A DNA stretch of 64,000 nt from a bacterium. Lineage in GTDB: Bacteria; Krumholzibacteriota; Krumholzibacteriia; LZORAL124-64-63. The notes under the pieces were generated by a model. It saw only the letters and a program-made list of their open reading frames with translations, did not search any database and was not told the origin of the DNA. Both the position numbers and the translations under genes were made by a program. The stretch lies in assembly GCA_016706845.1 (NCBI GenBank), contig JADJIV010000004.1:47727-111726 (forward strand), in the 5' to 3' direction. Each line of letters opens with the position of its first letter. Position 1 is the stretch's first letter. Shown piece by piece: positions 45,685 to 58,185 of this stretch.

Positions 45685-47898
45685 TCAATCGGGCGGCTGG
45701 TTGCGGACCAGCTCACGGAAGCTGCCGAGCGCTGCGTTCTGCGGATCGATCTGCATCGCCTCGTCCAGGGCCAGCAGGGCCGCCTCGCCGCGGCCGGCGT
45801 CCAGACAGATCAGGGCGGCACGGGACCACAGCGCGGGGTCCTCGTGGACGGGATCCCCTGGTCCGAGCTCGCCGGCCTCGAGTTGGCCGACCAGGGCCAG
45901 GGCCCGTTCCGGACGGCCCAGGGCCCGGTCCGCCTCCAACAGCATCTGCTGTTCGAGCGGTGCGAGGTCCGTGCGCCAGTGGCTCGCGAGCAGGTCGAGC
46001 AGGGCGTCGTGGCGGCCGGACTTCAGCAACGCGGCGGCCAGGTCCTGCCGCAGCTGCGGCGACGGAGTCCGGGCGTAACACGCGGCCAGGCTGTCGGCGA
46101 TCGCGTCACGGTCCGCGTCCGCGGTCGCGGCGAGGGCGATCCCCAGCGCGTCGCGCGTCACCGGCCGCGCCGGATCGCGGGCCGCGCGCAATCCGGTGGC
46201 CGTGCTGTCGGCCGCGGCGCCGAGCCGGACGGCCGCGCCGCCCTGCCCGCTGCGCAGCAGGGATGTCTGGGCGACCTGCATCATTTCCAGGACATCGGCA
46301 TTGTCCGGCTCCAGGCGGACGGCGACGCCCAGGTCGCGGCAGGCGTCCTGCCAGCGGTGCAGATCGAGGTGGTGCAGCCCGCGGTTGTACCAGCCGCTGA
46401 CCTCGAAGGGGTCGAGGTCCACGGCGCGGTCCAGGACCGAGTCCGCCTCGGCGTGGCGATCCAGCTTCGCCAGCGCGACGCCGTTCGTACGCCAGGCGCC
46501 GGCCAGGCCCGGATCCAGGGCGACGGCCTCCTGAAGGCAGGTCAGTGCTGCTTCGTCCTGGCGCCGGTTCAGCAGGATCGTGCCCAGCACGAGGCTCGTC
46601 GCGGCGTCGCCGCGGCCGTCGGCCGCCAGGGCGGCGCGCGCGGCCCGCAGGTCCGCCAGCGCCTCCTCGTCCTCTCCCAGGTAGTAGTGCATGCGCCCGC
46701 GCAGAGCCTGGGCCAGCGTCGGGCGGTCGTGCTTGCGCATGCAGATCGACAGGGCCTCGATCACCGTTCGGCCGCGGCGGGGCCGGCGCGCCTCGTCGTC
46801 GAGCGTCCAGTAGCGGGCCATGGAGTTGGCGGCGAAGGCGAACAGCGAGCCCGCGAGGTAGTGCTCGCCCCAGGCCAGGTAGACCGGGACCGTGGGCGAG
46901 GGCTCGCCGAGGATCACCGGGGGCACCGAGCAGCCGTCGTACGGGAAGAACGCCACCAGCGGGAAGTGGCCCTTCAGCGAGCGCGCGTAGGCGGCATCGG
47001 ATTCGGCGTCGCTGCCGACCGTGTCCAGGATCAGGCCCACGTCGTTCCAGTACCGCGCCGCCTGCTGCAGTGCGCGGTGGGTGTAGATCTCGCCGAGGGC
47101 CTTGCGGGCGAAGGCCGGCTCGCCGATGGCGAACCAGGCCATGGCCTCGATCCAGTTGTTGGCGTGGCTGCCCGCGATCATGCCGTACCCGTAACGGTAG
47201 TACTTCAGCGGCGGCATCTCCTGCGCGACAGCGACGGCCTCCCGGAAGCGGCCGGCCCCGGCCAGCAGCAGGCCGCGCAGCAGCTGGTCCTGGTCGGCCG
47301 GCCGCACCGCGGCCGCCCCGTCCCCGCGCTCGAGCAGGGCGAGCCCCTGCTCCCAGCGCGCCGTGTCCCGGCACAGCCAGGCGTGGGCCAGCGAGATCGA
47401 CCGCGCCGCCGGCGCGCGGTCCTCCAGGCGGGGATCGTGGGGACAGGCCTGCCAGGCGGCCGCGTAGGCGGCGTCGGCCCGCGACCAGTCGCCGCACTGG
47501 GTGAGCAGGTCCCCCATCCGGGTCCAGGCTTCGGTGCAGGCGGGATCGACCTGCACGACGCGCTGCAGGATCGGCAGCATGCGGTCGAGGTCGTCGATGG
47601 TCCGGCGGCCGTCGGCGAGCAGTCCGTTCCCGTCAAAGAAGTTGGTGTAGATGCCGTTGCGGCGCAGCAGACTGGGGACGTCCTGCTGCCACCGCTGGAA
47701 TCGCGCCAGTTCCCCGTCGGCGAGCAGGCGGCGACGCTCGCGATCCGGTTCAGGGAGCGACAGGAACGTGGTCAGGTCGACGGCGTCGATCCCCACGGCC
47801 GGCGCGGTCGGCGGCTCGATCAGGGGCGCCGCGGGCCGCGTGCTGCTGCAGCCTGCGATCAGAAGCGGGAACGCCACGATGGTGATCAGCAACCGCAC
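45685..47898 (-). CDS. TPR-containing lipoprotein
   Basis: GTG 47898 with GGGAG RBS; lipobox LIAGC; repeats such as LQEAVALDPGLAGAWRTNG and AVDLDPFEVSGWYNRG. Confidence 0.8.
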   Translation of the reverse strand: MRLLITIVAFPLLIAGCSSTRPAAPLIEPPTAPAVGIDAVDLTTFLSLPEPDRERRRLLADGELARFQRWQQDVPSLLRRNGIYTNFFDGNGLLADGRRTIDDLDRMLPILQRVVQVDPACTEAWTRMGDLLTQCGDWSRADAAYAAAWQACPHDPRLEDRAPAARSISLAHAWLCRDTARWEQGLALLERGDGAAAVRPADQDQLLRGLLLAGAGRFREAVAVAQEMPPLKYYRYGYGMIAGSHANNWIEAMAWFAIGEPAFARKALGEIYTHRALQQAARYWNDVGLILDTVGSDAESDAAYARSLKGHFPLVAFFPYDGCSVPPVILGEPSPTVPVYLAWGEHYLAGSLFAFAANSMARYWTLDDEARRPRRGRTVIEALSICMRKHDRPTLAQALRGRMHYYLGEDEEALADLRAARAALAADGRGDAATSLVLGTILLNRRQDEAALTCLQEAVALDPGLAGAWRTNGVALAKLDRHAEADSVLDRAVDLDPFEVSGWYNRGLHHLDLHRWQDACRDLGVAVRLEPDNADVLEMMQVAQTSLLRSGQGGAAVRLGAAADSTATGLRAARDPARPVTRDALGIALAATADADRDAIADSLAACYARTPSPQLRQDLAAALLKSGRHDALLDLLASHWRTDLAPLEQQMLLEADRALGRPERALALVGQLEAGELGPGDPVHEDPALWSRAALICLDAGRGEAALLALDEAMQIDPQNAALGSFRELVRNQPPD

Positions 47899-47975
47899 TC
47901 GTGCTCCCTGCTGAGAAGTTGCGATGAGCCGATGGCGATGGATTGAACGTAGGGAGAACGCCCGACCGCCGCCAC

Positions 47976-49124
47976 TCAATCCGCGCCCCCGTCCACCAGC
48001 TGCCAGAGGTACCAGGCCGCCAGCGAGCGGTACGGGGCCCAGCGCTCGCCGATCGCGGCCATCTCCCGGGCCCTGGGCGTCTCGGCGAGGCCGAGGTGCT
48101 TCTGCACGCCCTTCTGCAGGCCCAGGTCGTCGACCGGCCAGACGTCGAGCCGGCCGAGGTGAAAGATCAGCATCATCTGCGCGGTCCAGACCCCGATGCC
48201 CCTGACGGTGCAGAGCGCGGCGGTGGCCTGCGCGTCGTCGAGGCGCCGCAGGGCGCGCAGGTCGAGCCGGCCGTCGTCGAGGCGCGCGCCGAGGTCGCGC
48301 AGGTAGCCGATCTTCTGCGAGGAGAGGCCGGCGCCGCGCAGCTCCGCGTCGGTCAGCAGCAGCAATTCCTGCGGCGAGGGGAACGCGTCGCCCGGCGTGA
48401 GCGCGCGCACGCGCCGCGCGATGGTGGCGGCGGCCTTCAGGGCGAGCTGCTGGTGCACGATGCTCGTGACCAGCACGTCGTAGGGGTCGCGCTTGTCGCC
48501 GAAGGCCGGCAGGTAGGGGCCGGCGCGGCGGATCACGCGGCCCAGCGCGCGGTCGCTGCGCGCGAGGTGGTCCAGGCCGGCCTGGTGGAGCGGGCTGAGC
48601 ACGACCCCCTCGCGGTGCAGCAGGCGCACCTTCAGGTCGGTGCCGCCGGGGGACGAGAAGCCGCCCAGGGCGCCGCCGGCCGCCAGCACGCGGTGGCAGG
48701 GCACCAGCAGGGGCAGCGGGTTGCGGGCCATGACCGTGCCGACGGCGCGCGAGGCGCCGGGCGAGCCGGCGCGTTTGGCGAGCTCCGCGTAGCTCACCGT
48801 CGCGCCGGGCGGGACCCGGCACAGGGCGCGCGCGACCTTGCGGGCGAAGGGCGGCAGGCGCTCGAGATCCAGGGGTACGTCGCGGAAGTCGTCGGGCTTG
48901 CCGGCCAGGTGGGTGCGCACGCGGCGCGCGAGGTCGCGCACGGCCGCCGGGGGCCGCGCCGGGTACTCGCGGCCGGGCGCGGCGCGTTCCAGCAGCTCGC
49001 GCACGGCGGCCGGCGAACGATCGGGCAGGGCGAAGGCGTCGACGCCGCGGCGCGTCCAGGCCAGGCCCCAGGGGCCGAGCGCGGAGTCGAAGACGGCGGC
49101 GCCGGGGGCGAGGTCTCGGAACAT
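47976..49124 (-). CDS. O6-alkylguanine alkyltransferase (Ogt) fused to an AlkA-type 3-methyladenine glycosylase
   Basis: GGAGG RBS; [27 protein letters not shown]; then [16 protein letters not shown], Hh[34 protein letters not shown]. Confidence 0.9.
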   Translation of the reverse strand: MFRDLAPGAAVFDSALGPWGLAWTRRGVDAFALPDRSPAAVRELLERAAPGREYPARPPAAVRDLARRVRTHLAGKPDDFRDVPLDLERLPPFARKVARALCRVPPGATVSYAELAKRAGSPGASRAVGTVMARNPLPLLVPCHRVLAAGGALGGFSSPGGTDLKVRLLHREGVVLSPLHQAGLDHLARSDRALGRVIRRAGPYLPAFGDKRDPYDVLVTSIVHQQLALKAAATIARRVRALTPGDAFPSPQELLLLTDAELRGAGLSSQKIGYLRDLGARLDDGRLDLRALRRLDDAQATAALCTVRGIGVWTAQMMLIFHLGRLDVWPVDDLGLQKGVQKHLGLAETPRAREMAAIGERWAPYRSLAAWYLWQLVDGGAD

Positions 49125-49264
49125 GTCGGCCTCCGATGACGGGACGCGGCGCGGTAGCCTGGCCGCGGGCGATGGGTTAGCTTGTGAGCAGGCTCGGCCG
49201 CGCGCATCGTACCCCGGCGGGCCGCGCGGACGCAACCCGGACCCCGCAGCGTTGGAGATCGCAG

Positions 49265-51351
<2,087 letters not shown>

Positions 51352-51371
51352 TCCCGCCGCCGTACAAGGAA

Positions 51372-51399
51372 GCGGCCCCGCTCCCGGAGGCGGGGCCGC
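51372..51399 (-). terminator. Hairpin between convergent genes, probable terminator
   Basis: gcggccccgc/gcggggccgc 10-bp stem followed by TTCCTT on the minus strand. Confidence 0.5.
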
Positions 51400-51429
51400 C
51401 GACGTTCCGTCACGTCGTGGACGGGGCCG

Positions 51430-53003
51430 TCACTTCACGGTCGTGAAGCTCTTGTCCGCGTAAACGCCTTCCTGCGAGTAGCGGGGCTGGAACTGCTGCA
51501 CCGGCGTCACCGTCACGTTGGTGCCGGCGATCGTCATGTCGAAGACGTGCCACCAACCGCTCAGGTCGGCGCCCTCCATGCTGACGTCCACGGCGTTCCA
51601 GGTGCGGATCGTGCCGCCCACTTCCAGGCGCACCTGGGCGCCGGAGTCGTGGGTGTTCTGGGAGTTGTTCATCGAGTAGTTGTGCACCCAGTACTGGTAC
51701 GTGCCCTGGTAGAGGTGGGCGCTGCTGATGATCTCGGGGCCGTAGGAGCTGGTGTCGTCGGTGTCCAGCATGGTGTAGGGGTTGTCGCCCATGTTGCCCA
51801 TGCTGTAGTAGGCGACGTTGTAGTAGATGTAGTCGGGGTTCCAGGTCATCGGGATCAGCAGGTGCGAGTCCAGGTCGCCCGGGCTCGCGCCCCAGGTCAG
51901 GGTGATCGCGAACGCGGGCTCGAGCAGCATCAGCGGCGCCTCGATGGTGACCGGGCATTCATCGAGCACGCTGACGCGCACCGTACCGCTGGCGAAGCTG
52001 CCGCGCAGCGCCCAGACGTCGCTGGCCGCGTTCATCATGGCGCGCACGCTGAAATGTCCCTCGGCGTCGGTGAAGTCGTCGTCCATGATGGCGTAGTCCA
52101 CGCCACGGCTGAATACGCGGGCGCCGGCGACCGGCTGCTCGTTCGTGTTCAGGACCGTGCCGACGATCGTGCAGACTTCGTCGACCGGCAGGTCCCAGTT
52201 CCAGGTCGTGAAGTGGGAGACGTCGGCCACGAAGCTGCCTCCGACGTACTCCGCGGCGCCGTCTTCGCGCCAGACGCCGGTCGCCTCGTCGAACCACCAC
52301 ATCGGGATCTGGTCGACGACCCGCTTGGATTCGTCGACCTGCAGGCTCAGTTCGGCGGTCACGCCGTCGGCCAGGCGGACCTCGGCGGACTTGTCGGCGT
52401 TGTACATGTTGACGCCCATGAAGCCGAAGCTCACGAACTGCGTCGTGGAGCCGTCCTCGCGGATGCCCTCGAAATCGCCCGGGAAGGCGTCGTAGAAGGA
52501 GGGATCCTCGGGCACGACGGTCGAGACCTCGAGGCTCACCTCGCCGGTGTAGGGATCACCGTCGGCGTCCACGAAGGAACCCGCCTCGAAGCTGACGGTG
52601 CCGTCGCCGACCGTGGCGCTGCCGCCGCTCTCGCCGTCGATCGCGAATTCCTGCGCGAAGGGCAGGTAGATGTTGGGAATGTGCAGGTTCTCGCCCGCGA
52701 CCACGGTGACGACTCGCTGGACCGACAGGTAACCGGGCCATGCGCGATGTTGACGATGCGACTGCCCACCGGCACGTTGGCCAGCGAGAAGTAGCCCTGC
52801 TCGTTGGAGGTCGTCGTCAGGGTGCCGACGGTGATCGTGGCGCCGCTGATCGCCGACTTGACGGCGCCGCCGTCGACGATGCCGGAGAGCGAGCCGTAAG
52901 TCGTCGCGGGCGGGTTGCCGCCGCCGTCGTCATCGTCGCCACAACCCCAGAACACGAGCATGCCGGCCATGACCAGCAGAACCAACCATGAAATTCTCTT
53001 CAT
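51430..53003 (-). CDS. Lipoprotein with carboxypeptidase-regulatory-like, HF[TS]-motif and YfaP/DUF2135-like domains; one base missing near 52737
   Basis: Lipobox VFWGC; [18 protein letters not shown]; [23 protein letters not shown]; [34 protein letters not shown]. Confidence 0.8.
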
Positions 53004-53245
53004 CTCCCACCTACCTGTTAAGGATCGGACTCGACGTCCCTGTCGTCGATCACTTGGAACGCAGTTTACCAGATACGATTCAGGCGTCACCCCGAAAATC
53101 GACCCTTTTTATCCAGGGATAAATGCTCCTGAATCAGCGACCTGCTGGTGCCGGCGACCCGGGAGAGCGATATTCTGCCGGGTGACGATCGCGTCTGTTC
53201 GATTTCGCGATCCCGAAACCGCGCCGACACGCAACGAGGACAACC

Positions 53246-55051
53246 ATGGCCCTGCTGACCCTCAAGGACGTGACCCTGGCCCACGGCGGTCCGCCCGTGC
53301 TCGACGGCGTGGACCTGCGTCTGGAGAAGGGCGAGCGCGTCTGCCTGCTCGGCCGCAACGGCGAGGGCAAGACCACCCTGCTGCGCGTGCTGGCCGGCGC
53401 CGTCACGCCGACGGGGGCGAGGTGATCCGCGCCGCCGGGCTGCGGGTGGGCCTGCTGCCCCAGGAGATCCCCGCCGACCTCTGCGGCCGCGCGGCCGACG
53501 TGGTGGCCGGAGGCTTGCCGGCCGGCGTCGAGCCCTGGGAAATCTCCCACCGGGTGTCCGGGGTCCTGGACCAGGTCGGGCTGGACGCGGACGCCGAGGT
53601 CGCCGAGATGTCGACCGGCCAGCGCCGCCGCGTGCTGCTGGCGCGCGCGCTGGCCGGCGAACCCGACCTGCTGCTGCTGGACGAGCCGACCAACCACCTG
53701 GACATCCCGGCCATCCGCTGGCTCGAAGCCTTCCTGCTGCGCTGGCGGGGCACGCTGCTGTTCGTGACGCACGACCGCGCCTTCCTGCGCGCGCTGGCGG
53801 GGCGCATCCTGGAACTGGACCGCGGCCGCCTGCGCGACTGGCACTGCGACTACGACACCTTCCTGCGCCGTCGCGACGAGGACCTGGCCGCCGAGCGCCG
53901 CCAGCGGGCCGAGTTCGACCGCGTGCTGGCCCAGGAGGAGGCCTGGATCCGCCAGGGGGTCCGCGAGCGCCGGACGCGCAACGAGGGGCGCGTGCGCCGG
54001 CTGCTGGCGCTGCGCGAGGAACGGTTCGCCCGGCGCGACCTGGGCGCCGCGGCCCAGATCGCGGTGCAGGACGCCGAGCGCAGCGGCAAGCTGGTGCTGC
54101 GGGCCGAGGGCGTCGACGCCGGCTACGGCGACCGCACGGTGGTGCGCGGCCTGACCACGACGATCCTGCGCGGCGATAAGGTCGGCGTGCTGGGCCCCAA
54201 CGGCGCCGGCAAGACGACGCTGCTGCGGGTGCTGCTCGGGGAGCTCGATCCGCTCGCCGGACGGGTCCGGCGCGGCGCGAACCTGAAGATCGCCTACTCC
54301 GACCAGCAGCGCGACGCCCTGGACCCCGCGCTCTCGGTGCAGGAGAACATCGCCTCGGGCCGCGACCACGTCGTGATCGACGGGCAGCACGTGCACGTCA
54401 TCACCTACCTGCAGCGCTTCCTGTTCCCGCCCGAGCAGGCCCGCGCCCCCATCACCCGGCTCAGCGGCGGCGAGCGCAACCGCCTGCTGCTGGCCAAGCT
54501 CTTCACCCAGCCGGCGAACGTGCTGGTCCTGGACGAGCCGACCAACGACCTGGACCTCGAGACGCTGGAGCTGCTCGAGGAACTGCTGGTCGACTTCGAC
54601 GGGACGGTCCTCTTGGTCAGCCACGACCGCGAGTTCCTGGACAACGTGGCCACCTCGACCCTGGTGGTGGGCCACGACGGCAGCGTGCTGGAGTCGGTCG
54701 GGGGCTACCGGGACTGGGAACGGGTCGAGCTGGCGGCCGCGGCCGCCAAAACCGCGGCCCGGCCGGCCGCCCGCACGGAGCCGGCGCCGCGGGCCGAGAA
54801 GTCGCGGGCCGAGTCACCCCGCCGCCTGACCTGGAAGGAGGCCCGCGAGCTCGAAGCCCTGCCCCAGCTGATCGAGGCGTCGGAGCAGCGCCGGGACGAA
54901 CTGCACGCCAGGCTGGCGGACCCCGCTCTACCAACGGGCCGGCGACGAGGTCCCGGCCCTGCGGTCGCAGCTGGAATCGATCGAGGCGGAGCTGGCGACG
55001 GCCTACGCGCGCTGGGAAGAGCTGGAGTCGATTCGCGAATCCCAGACCTGA
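53246..55051 (+). CDS. uup: ABC-F family ATPase Uup; indels near 53408 and 54922
   Basis: GRNGEGKTT, MSTGQRRR, LLDEPTNHLD, GPNGAGKTT, LSGGERNR, LDEPTNDLD; C-terminal RLTWKEARELE..LATAYARWEELE. Confidence 0.9.
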
Positions 55052-55102
55052 GCGATTACTTCATATTTTTAAGCATATGCCGATCGATGCTGGATTATTT
55101 GC

Positions 55103-55131
55103 TTGACCGCCCCACCAAACCTGCCGATACT
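55103..55131 (+). promoter_or_regulatory. Sigma70-type promoter candidate of the BMC operon, overlapped by an imperfect inverted repeat
   Basis: TTGACC-N17-GATACT; overlapping TACTTTCA-N4-TGAAGCGA. Confidence 0.45.
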
Positions 55132-55148
55132 TTCATTCATGAAGCGAA

Positions 55149-55520
55149 ATGCCGATCGCCAGCCTGGGAACCGACGCGATGCCGGAGTTTGACGCAAACC
55201 TGGCCTCGCCCGCGCGCCTGGCGATCATCGCCGCCCTGATCCAGGGGCAGCCCAAGAGCTTCATGGAATTGAGAAGCGAGACGGGCCTGGCCGACGGGAA
55301 TCTCCACGTGCAGACGCGCCACCTGGCCGAAGCCCAGTTCGTGGAGATCCGCAAGACCCGGCAGGGACGCCGCACGATCACGACCTTCCGGCTCACCGAG
55401 GAAGGTCTGGCCCACTTCCGGCGCTTCGTGCGGTTGCTGCAGGCGGTCCTGGAGGCCGAGTCCGGCGAGATCCGGGCCACCCCCGGCGGCGGGCCGGGCG
55501 CCCCCGAGCGGGTCTGGTAG
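55149..55520 (+). CDS. Winged-helix (ArsR/MarR-like, HTH_34) transcriptional regulator
   Basis: SPARLAIIAAL..SFMELRSETGLADGNLHVQTRHLAEAQFVEIRK..RRTITTFRLTEEG. Confidence 0.82.
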   Translation: MPIASLGTDAMPEFDANLASPARLAIIAALIQGQPKSFMELRSETGLADGNLHVQTRHLAEAQFVEIRKTRQGRRTITTFRLTEEGLAHFRRFVRLLQAVLEAESGEIRATPGGGPGAPERVW

Positions 55521-55532
55521 GGAGGTTGACGG

Positions 55533-56882
55533 ATGAAGATCGCCCTCGGCGCCGACCACGGCGGGTTCGACCTCAAGACCAAACTGGTCGCCCACCTGAA
55601 GTCCCAGGGGCACGAGGTGCTCGATCTTGGAACTTCATCCCATGAAGCAGTCGACTATCCCGTCTACGCCCTGGCCGTCGCCCAGGCCGTGGCCGACGGC
55701 CGGGCCCAGCGCGGCGTCATGATCGACGGCGCCGGCATCGGCTCCTGCATGGTCGCCAACAAGGTCCCCGGCGTGCGCGCCGCCATGGCCTACGACCTCT
55801 CCAGCGCCCGCAACGGCCGCGAGCACAACGACGCCAACCTGCTGACCCTCGGCGCCGGCCTGATCGGCGCCGCCCTGGCCGTCCAGATCCTGGACGCCTT
55901 CCTGACGACCGACTGCAAGGAGCCCCGCCACCAACGGAGGGTGGCGATGATCGACGACGTCGAGAAGGGAAGCGCCCCGGCCGGCGGCCGCCCCGCCGCC
56001 GCTGCCGACGCGCTGTCCCCGGAGGACCTCGACCGCATCGTCGCCAGGCTGGAACGCCTGGTGGGCTCGACGACGGGGGCCGCGTGCGAAGGACCGTGCG
56101 TGGCCTCCGCCCCCGACCGCGCGCGGCGCCTGGTGGAGCTGGGCGCCACCCGCCTTGGCCACGGCCCCGGCTCGCCCGGCGAGATCCCGCGCGACCTGGC
56201 CCGCTACATCGACCACACGATCCTGAAACCCGACGCCACGCGCGAGCAGGTGCTGGCCCTGTGCGCCGAGGCGCGCAAGTTCCTGTTCCGCTCCATCTGC
56301 GTGAACGCCTGCTGGACCAAGACCGTGAGCAACGCCCTGCGGGGCACGCCGGTCTTGACCTGCACGGTCGTCGGCTTCCCGCTCGGGGCGACGCTGCCCG
56401 AGATCAAGGCGGCCGAGGCGCGCCGCGCCATCCGCGACGGGGCCCGCGAGATCGACATGGTCATCAACGTCGGCGCGCTCAAGGGCGGCGACGACGACTT
56501 CGTGCTCAACGACATCCGCGCCGTGGTCGAGGCCTGCCGCGACGGCGGCGCCGTCTGCAAGGTCATCATCGAGACCGCGCTGTTGACCGACGACGAGAAG
56601 CGCCGCGCCTGCGAGGCCTCGCGCCGCGCCCGCGCGCACTTCGTGAAGACCTCGACCGGCTTCGCCAAGGGCGGGGCCACGGCCGAGGACGTCGCCCTGA
56701 TGGCCGCGGTGGTCCAGGGCGCCGGCATGGAAGTCAAAGCGTCCGGCGGCATCCGCAGCTACGCGGACGCGCGCCGGATGATCGAGGCGGGCGCCACGCG
56801 CCTCGGCGCCAGCGCCAGCGTGGCCATCATGGAGGAAGCCGGCGTCGGCGCCGGCGGTTCGTCGGAACGGGCAAGGAGCTGA
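55533..56882 (+). CDS. RpiB-like isomerase fused to deoxyribose-phosphate aldolase, BMC-targeted
   Basis: MKIALGADHGG..DYP..IDGAGIGS..ANKVPGVRAA..REHNDAN; linker helix LSPEDLDRIVARLERLV; DeoC IDHTILKP, VGFPLGA, EIDMVIN, FVKTSTGF, VKASGGIR. Confidence 0.92.
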   Translation: MKIALGADHGGFDLKTKLVAHLKSQGHEVLDLGTSSHEAVDYPVYALAVAQAVADGRAQRGVMIDGAGIGSCMVANKVPGVRAAMAYDLSSARNGREHNDANLLTLGAGLIGAALAVQILDAFLTTDCKEPRHQRRVAMIDDVEKGSAPAGGRPAAAADALSPEDLDRIVARLERLVGSTTGAACEGPCVASAPDRARRLVELGATRLGHGPGSPGEIPRDLARYIDHTILKPDATREQVLALCAEARKFLFRSICVNACWTKTVSNALRGTPVLTCTVVGFPLGATLPEIKAAEARRAIRDGAREIDMVINVGALKGGDDDFVLNDIRAVVEACRDGGAVCKVIIETALLTDDEKRRACEASRRARAHFVKTSTGFAKGGATAEDVALMAAVVQGAGMEVKASGGIRSYADARRMIEAGATRLGASASVAIMEEAGVGAGGSSERARS

Positions 56883-56884
56883 CC

Positions 56885-57508
56885 ATGGTCGACCTGAGGG
56901 CCTTCGTCGTCATCGACAGCCTGCAGCCGCAGTTCGCCGCCTTCCTGGCGACGGTGGCGCAGGGCTTCCTGCCCCGCACCGGCCAGGCGAGCCTGTTCGT
57001 CGAGATCGCGCCGGGCATGGAGATCAACCGCGTCACCGACATCGCGCTCAAGAGCACGCGCGTGACGCCCGGCATGCAGATCGTCGAGCGCCACTTCGGC
57101 ATGCTCGAGGTGCACGCCGACAGCCAGGCCGACGTGCGCCAGGCCGGGGCCGCCATCCTGTCGGCCCTGGAGCTCAAGGAGGAGCAGCGGCTGCGGCCGC
57201 GCGTGGTCAGCGACCAGGTGGTGCGCCACCTCGACGACCACCAGTGCATGCTGATCAACCGCATGCGGCACGGCAACATGATCATGGCCGGCCAGACCCT
57301 CTTCATCCTCGAATGCGAGCCGGCGGCCTACGTGACGCTCGCGGCCAACGAGGCGGAGAAGGCGGCCGACATCAGCATCCTCGAGGTGCGGGCCTTCGGC
57401 AGCTTCGGCCGGGTCTACATCGGCGGGGAGGAGAAGGACGTGGAAGCGGCGCGGCCCGCGGCGGTCCAGGCCCTGGCGGCCCTGACCGGACGCGAGCACG
57501 CCTCGTAG
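56885..57508 (+). CDS. BMC-T tandem shell protein (CcmP/CsoS1D-like)
   Basis: [47 protein letters not shown]. Confidence 0.9.
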   Translation: MVDLRAFVVIDSLQPQFAAFLATVAQGFLPRTGQASLFVEIAPGMEINRVTDIALKSTRVTPGMQIVERHFGMLEVHADSQADVRQAGAAILSALELKEEQRLRPRVVSDQVVRHLDDHQCMLINRMRHGNMIMAGQTLFILECEPAAYVTLAANEAEKAADISILEVRAFGSFGRVYIGGEEKDVEAARPAAVQALAALTGREHAS

Positions 57509-57539
57509 GAGGCAGGACCCCAGCCCCCGAGGGAGGCTC

Positions 57540-57839
57540 GTGATGTCGGATGCTCTGGGTATGATCGAGTGCCGCAGCTTCGCGGCGATGGTCGAGGCGG
57601 CCGACGCGATGGTCAAGGCGGCCCGCGTCGAGCTGGTGAGCTACGAGAAGACCGGCGGCGGCTACACGACCGTCGTGGTGCGCGGCGACGTGGCCGCGGT
57701 CAAGGCGGCCTGCGACGCCGGGCAGACGGCCGCCGCCCGCGTGGGCGAGGTCGTCGCGGTGCACGTGATCGCGCGCCCGCACGCCAACGTGGACCTGATC
57801 ATCCCCCTGGGCCGCCAGGTGGAGACGGGCAAGAAGTGA
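57540..57839 (+). CDS. BMC-H hexameric shell protein
   Basis: [46 protein letters not shown]. Confidence 0.95.
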   Translation: MMSDALGMIECRSFAAMVEAADAMVKAARVELVSYEKTGGGYTTVVVRGDVAAVKAACDAGQTAAARVGEVVAVHVIARPHANVDLIIPLGRQVETGKK

Positions 57840-57867
57840 CCCCGCACCGCGGGTCCGGGAGGCGGCC

Positions 57868-58167
57868 ATGAATCTCGCGAAGGTGATGGGCACCGTGGTG
57901 GCCAGCCAGAAGGACGAGAAGCTCGACGGCCTGCGCTTCCTGCTGCTGGCCACGGCGGGCCCCGACGGGCAGCTGTCCGGCGGCTCGGTGGTGGCGGTCG
58001 ACGCGGTCGGGGCGGGACCCGGCGAGTACGTGCTGTACGCCTCGGGCTCCTCGGCGCGCCAGACGCGGGTCACCGACGGGCGCCCCGTCGACGCCGTGGT
58101 GATGGCCATCGTCGACAGCTGGGAGGTCGAGGGTGAGGAGCGGTACCACAAGGGCCGCGACGATTAG
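57868..58167 (+). CDS. BMC-P pentamer (EutN/CcmL family)
   Basis: [43 protein letters not shown]. Confidence 0.93.
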   Translation: MNLAKVMGTVVASQKDEKLDGLRFLLLATAGPDGQLSGGSVVAVDAVGAGPGEYVLYASGSSARQTRVTDGRPVDAVVMAIVDSWEVEGEERYHKGRDD

Positions 58168-58185
58168 CCCAGCCGGGAGGCGGTC

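Noticed and set aside
45685-48822. 1045-aa ORF joining the Ogt-AlkA region to the TPR lipoprotein
   Set aside because: The upstream part is an off-frame shadow; the lipoprotein starts at GTG 47898 with RBS and lipobox.
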